DNA of 64,000 nucleotides from Gammaproteobacteria bacterium (GTDB lineage Bacteria; Pseudomonadota; Gammaproteobacteria; JABDBA01): NCBI GenBank assembly GCA_013288885.1, contig JABDBA010000001.1, positions 147,840 to 211,839 of the forward strand, read 5' to 3'. Shown piece by piece: positions 60,153 to 64,000 of this stretch (position 1 is its first letter; each line of letters starts with the position of its first letter). The notes under the pieces were generated by a model. It saw only the letters and a program-made list of their open reading frames with translations, ran no database searches and was not told where the DNA came from. The position numbers and the translations under genes were made by a program.

Positions 60153-61172
60153 ATGAACAGCAATATCAAACCAGCACGCACTTATAATCAGAACCATGTG
60201 CCGCGCAAATACACGGCGGGCAAACGGCGCATAAGTATTTATTGGACTTGGAGTTATCCGTGGGAATCCAATCGGGAACTCAGAGTATTGGACAATCGTT
60301 TTTCTACCATGACGGAAGTTCGTCGCGTGTCATGGCCTGACTATGAAACACCGGAATGGGATGAGATGCATTTTCTGCAAGGCATCGAAGGTACACTGGA
60401 GCTCTTTCATCGTTCTACGCTTAGTTTCCAAGGGCTTGCTGAGGAAATCACTGGGTATCCCGTGGCAATATTTCAGCGTATTGATCAGGCTGGATATAAG
60501 TTGCCGATCGATGAGCGGATCTTAGCGGATACGGATACGCTGATGGTTTTTGGATTAGACCATCTGCTTTCTGGGCAGGAAGCAGCATCAGAAGAAATCG
60601 CTGCGATCCGCGAGTGGCTTAAACGTGAGGGAACTTGTTTATTGATCGGGCCGCATCATGACGTAGGGTTCACCGACGATATGAAGCAACGCCAAGTAGA
60701 ATACAAACATCATGGCGATGAGTTGGTGCCGCGCCAACAGCGCTTCGGACAATACACGCGTTCTTTGATGAAGGCGTTTGATGTTCCGGTGATAAATCAG
60801 TTCGGCCTGCGTCCTGCAGTTGTTAAAGGTACAAAAGAGATTGCGCCGCTGACGATTAACAAAGAACTTGATAAGCTCGAGCTTCTCAAAGGAGTTACAA
60901 CATTTAATTTTCATCCCCATTTACCGCATTACGCGCTGACTACCAAGGATATAAAGCACATTCATGTGTTGGCACGTCAGCCGATTGATCTCGATCGGCC
61001 GCATCCGTTCACGCAGGCAGGAAACACAGAGTTCAATGCACTTATTTGGATGCCGCCGCAAGATAAACGCGCCGGACACATCTTACTGGCCGACTCAACG
61101 ATTTTCACCACACTTTTCGGTGGAACGGACAGTTTGGAAAATTTCTGGCGCAATATCGCTGTGATGAAGTAA
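60153..61172 (+). CDS. Hypothetical 339-aa protein, last gene of the GC-rich operon
   Basis: Long ORF with the same elevated GC. No motif recognised. Confidence 0.7.
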   Translation: MNSNIKPARTYNQNHVPRKYTAGKRRISIYWTWSYPWESNRELRVLDNRFSTMTEVRRVSWPDYETPEWDEMHFLQGIEGTLELFHRSTLSFQGLAEEITGYPVAIFQRIDQAGYKLPIDERILADTDTLMVFGLDHLLSGQEAASEEIAAIREWLKREGTCLLIGPHHDVGFTDDMKQRQVEYKHHGDELVPRQQRFGQYTRSLMKAFDVPVINQFGLRPAVVKGTKEIAPLTINKELDKLELLKGVTTFNFHPHLPHYALTTKDIKHIHVLARQPIDLDRPHPFTQAGNTEFNALIWMPPQDKRAGHILLADSTIFTTLFGGTDSLENFWRNIAVMK

Positions 61173-61186
61173 AGGGATCAGGCAAC

Positions 61187-61720
61187 TCAAGGCTTGACCC
61201 TTAGCTTTTTCTTTGCCTCGGTCAACAATTTCCAATTCTTAATAGTCACCGGCTCGGCTGGTTGTTTCGGTGTTTCGCCCGCGAGATCAAAAAAATCTTT
61301 AGTTAACACTTTTTTCCCGCGTGCTAATAAGGCTCCTTTTGCCATACCGATGGCATATAGCGTTCCTCTTTTTTCAAAACGTTGTTCAAAATAAAAATAA
61401 TATTCATCCCAGTAAACTAATTTTGTTGTTAAAGAAAATTCTTGCCAAGGATTTAACGGGCGCAAAAAGCTGAGTTCACACGCTACCAACACTGGCCCCC
61501 AACGCAATTTCATTAAGGTGGGTAATAGTTTGGTTTGCCCGAGCAAAGCGATCCGACCTAAATCCATGAAGCTGTAATAACGTGAATTCGTCATATGCAA
61601 GTTAAAATCACAGTCAGTCGGTAAGACATGGAACATTAACTTTGACTTACGCAAAACACTTTGTTTCTTGGCGATCCAGATTTTATAAAGCACCATTATG
61701 AAGCGGAAGTATATATTCAT
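61187..61720 (-). CDS. Hotdog-fold thioesterase-like protein
   Basis: 177 aa. LPTDCDFNLHMTNSRYYSFMDLGR pattern. Confidence 0.6.
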   Translation of the reverse strand: MNIYFRFIMVLYKIWIAKKQSVLRKSKLMFHVLPTDCDFNLHMTNSRYYSFMDLGRIALLGQTKLLPTLMKLRWGPVLVACELSFLRPLNPWQEFSLTTKLVYWDEYYFYFEQRFEKRGTLYAIGMAKGALLARGKKVLTKDFFDLAGETPKQPAEPVTIKNWKLLTEAKKKLRVKP

Positions 61721-61839
61721 TAGCGTATAATAAAATAAGGTTTAAAGTATGCTGTTTTTATCATTAATAGTTGCAGAATAACACTTCTATTGCTATAGAT
61801 TAATAAGAGGGACTAAATTAGTTTCCAAGGGAGTGTCGT

Positions 61840-64000
61840 ATGAGTGAAGATAATAAGTATCATATTCTCATTATGAATGATCAGCCGGGTATTGATACTG
61901 AATTACGCAATATTTTGTCAGCGTGTAAAGAGGAAAATCCAACAGGTTTCACCACTGAATTCGATTCAGCTGATAGCTGTGAAGCGGGTTTAAAGTTTAT
62001 TGCCAAATCGTTAGAACATCAAACTCCTTATCTACTCGTTTTTTTCAACATTCATTCAGCCCCCGAGCAAATTAGCGTTACCACGATTACGAAAATAGCG
62101 GAAGCCGGGCCCAAGTTACAAATTGTCATTTGCGCACAACCAGGGCAACAATCAGAAGCAGTGGCCAAACGTTTTGGGCAAGAGGAAAGATTTTATATTG
62201 TTAAAGTACCGCTCGTGGCTGAAGATGTTTGTAATTTAGTCAAATTGCTCATCAAAAAATGGGTGTTAAGTGAAACAGTAAATAATTTGTGGAGCTTACG
62301 CACGGTCAGAGGCCCTGAAAAAGATAAAATTAAACTCAAAGAAATTGCAGGTTCCGTTATTAATGCTTGTGGTGATGGCATTATGATTTTTGAAGCAGAG
62401 CGACCAAAACATGCGATCGTTTATGTTAATCCTGCTTTTGAAAAAATGACGGGTTATACCTCTGAAGAAATATTAGGAAAGAATTGTTTATTTTTACAAG
62501 GCGAAGATCGCGACCAACCAGAAATTAGTAATATACATCTTGCGCTGGAAAAAAAATCAGAAGGACGAGCAACGCTACGTAATTATCGCAAAGGTGGTGT
62601 GATGTATTGGGCTGAGATACACGTTTCACCTATTACTGATGAAGCAGACAATGTCAGTTATTTTGTCGGCATGGTTTATGATGTGACTAGTCATAAAACA
62701 GTCACCGAAAAATTATCGTATCAAGCCACGCATGACACACTGACCGGTTTACCCAATCGCGGGTTATTGATCGATCGTATTCATCAATCACTTATTTTTG
62801 CAAAACGCTACGGCATGATGTTAGCAATTTTATTTTTTGATTTAGATTATTTTAAAACGATCAATGATACCGTGGGCCATACCGCTGGTGATGCGATATT
62901 ACAAACAGTAGCAGGTCGTTTAAATGAGTGCATACGTGAAACCGATACCGTGGCAAGATTAGGGGGAGATGAGTTTGTAGTCGTACTAAATTCTTTATTA
63001 AAAGAAGAAGATTATCTACAACCTATTCAAAGAATATTAACCAGTTTAGCACAACCGGTTTATTTTGAAGGCCGCAAACTATCTTTTACTAGTAGTGCAG
63101 GCGTTAGTCTTTATCCCAAAAACGGGCAAGATGCGCATGTCTTGTTAAAGAATGCAGACACTGCGTTGTACCGCGCCAAAGAATTAGGACGCAATAATTT
63201 TCAGATGTACCGGGCGGGGATGAAACCGTTGACCAAAGAAGGCCAGCAAGCCTTAAAGAATGATTTGCAACATGCGTTACTTGAAGAAGAATTCGTTTTA
63301 CATTATCAACCCGTGGTTGATATAAAAACTAAAAAAATGATTGGTATAGAAGTGTTGCCGCGTTGGTTGCATCCGAACCATGGTTTGATTCCACCTAATA
63401 TGTTTATTCCGTTAGCAGAAGAATCTGGCCTGATGATTCCGATTGGCGAATGGATTTTAAAAACAGCGTGTACACAGAATAAGGCTTGGCAGAATGGTGG
63501 TTTGTCGCCTATTACCATGTCAATCAACTTATCGAAGTTTCAATTTTTGCAAAAAGATTTTTTAGGCAGTGTAGTGCAAATTTTAAAAGATACAAAATTA
63601 CCCCCTAAATTTTTGGAATTTGAATTAACTGAAGCCGCTGTGAAAGATGACGCTAAATCAGTGCTGCCAATGTTACTGGCATTGCGCGAAGTCGGTATCG
63701 AATTAATATTAGACAAATTTGGCGCAGATTTTTCTGATCCAGAGTATCTAATGCAATTCCCTATTCAAAAAATAAAAATTGATCAGTCTTTTATTTCAAA
63801 TTTACCCAGTAAATCAGAAGATGTAGCATTAGTGAAATCGGTCATCGCCGCTGCTCATAATATGAAAATACGCGTACTCGCAATGGGGGTGGAAACGCAA
63901 GAGCAAGTAGATTGTTTACAGGAATTTGGTGTAGATGAAGTGCAAGGATATTATTTCAGCCGACCGATTACCTCGCAAGGATGCACACAAATATTATTAG
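61840..64000 (+). CDS. Pseudo-receiver / LOV-like PAS / GGDEF / EAL signalling protein, 3'-truncated by the window edge
   Basis: Not in the track because it has no stop. ATG at 61840 follows AAGGGAG. IVYVNPAFEKMTGYTSEEILGKNCLFLQG...RNYRKGG..YW (LOV-like), RLGGDEFVV, and EVLPRW...EFELTE...DKFGADFS. Confidence 0.9.
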   Translation, partial: MSEDNKYHILIMNDQPGIDTELRNILSACKEENPTGFTTEFDSADSCEAGLKFIAKSLEHQTPYLLVFFNIHSAPEQISVTTITKIAEAGPKLQIVICAQPGQQSEAVAKRFGQEERFYIVKVPLVAEDVCNLVKLLIKKWVLSETVNNLWSLRTVRGPEKDKIKLKEIAGSVINACGDGIMIFEAERPKHAIVYVNPAFEKMTGYTSEEILGKNCLFLQGEDRDQPEISNIHLALEKKSEGRATLRNYRKGGVMYWAEIHVSPITDEADNVSYFVGMVYDVTSHKTVTEKLSYQATHDTLTGLPNRGLLIDRIHQSLIFAKRYGMMLAILFFDLDYFKTINDTVGHTAGDAILQTVAGRLNECIRETDTVARLGGDEFVVVLNSLLKEEDYLQPIQRILTSLAQPVYFEGRKLSFTSSAGVSLYPKNGQDAHVLLKNADTALYRAKELGRNNFQMYRAGMKPLTKEGQQALKNDLQHALLEEEFVLHYQPVVDIKTKKMIGIEVLPRWLHPNHGLIPPNMFIPLAEESGLMIPIGEWILKTACTQNKAWQNGGLSPITMSINLSKFQFLQKDFLGSVVQILKDTKLPPKFLEFELTEAAVKDDAKSVLPMLLALREVGIELILDKFGADFSDPEYLMQFPIQKIKIDQSFISNLPSKSEDVALVKSVIAAAHNMKIRVLAMGVETQEQVDCLQEFGVDEVQGYYFSRPITSQGCTQILL

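Overview
All family calls below come from reading motifs by eye; no database search or computation was run. This is a low-GC gammaproteobacterial chromosome segment that looks like an intracellular Legionellales-type organism (inference). The backbone is dnaA-dnaN-recF ... gyrB ... priA ... purB, and it is heavily interrupted. (1) An ~11.1-kb integrase island sits in tRNA-Thr(UGU) at 854-11926. It carries an AbiE pair, a DUF2971 gene and an MTase-Z1 restriction-like operon, and appears to lie in tandem with a related island that runs off the left edge. (2) 11.4 kb of accessory DNA separates recF from gyrB. It holds a nest of palindromic repeats, TA genes including an orphan ccdA-like gene missed by the ORF track, two P-loop ATPases with elaborate palindromic upstream sites, and an orphan Panacea gene. 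(3) Between gyrB and priA is an effector-type locus: two divergent paralogs carrying the CKSGKDR (CX5R) phosphoinositide-phosphatase P-loop, an ankyrin-repeat protein, and two near-identical TTAA-N7-TTAA promoter boxes. (4) A TA hub (second AbiE pair, tripartite hipB-hipS-hipT, DUF4258/HTH) surrounds a SET-domain protein. (5) There is an ABC-type ATPase + TOPRIM (PARIS/OLD-like) pair. (6) A GC-rich, compositionally foreign redox operon encodes an SthA-like protein, a DyP peroxidase and two unknowns. (7) A pseudo-receiver/LOV-like PAS/GGDEF/EAL gene is cut by the right edge.
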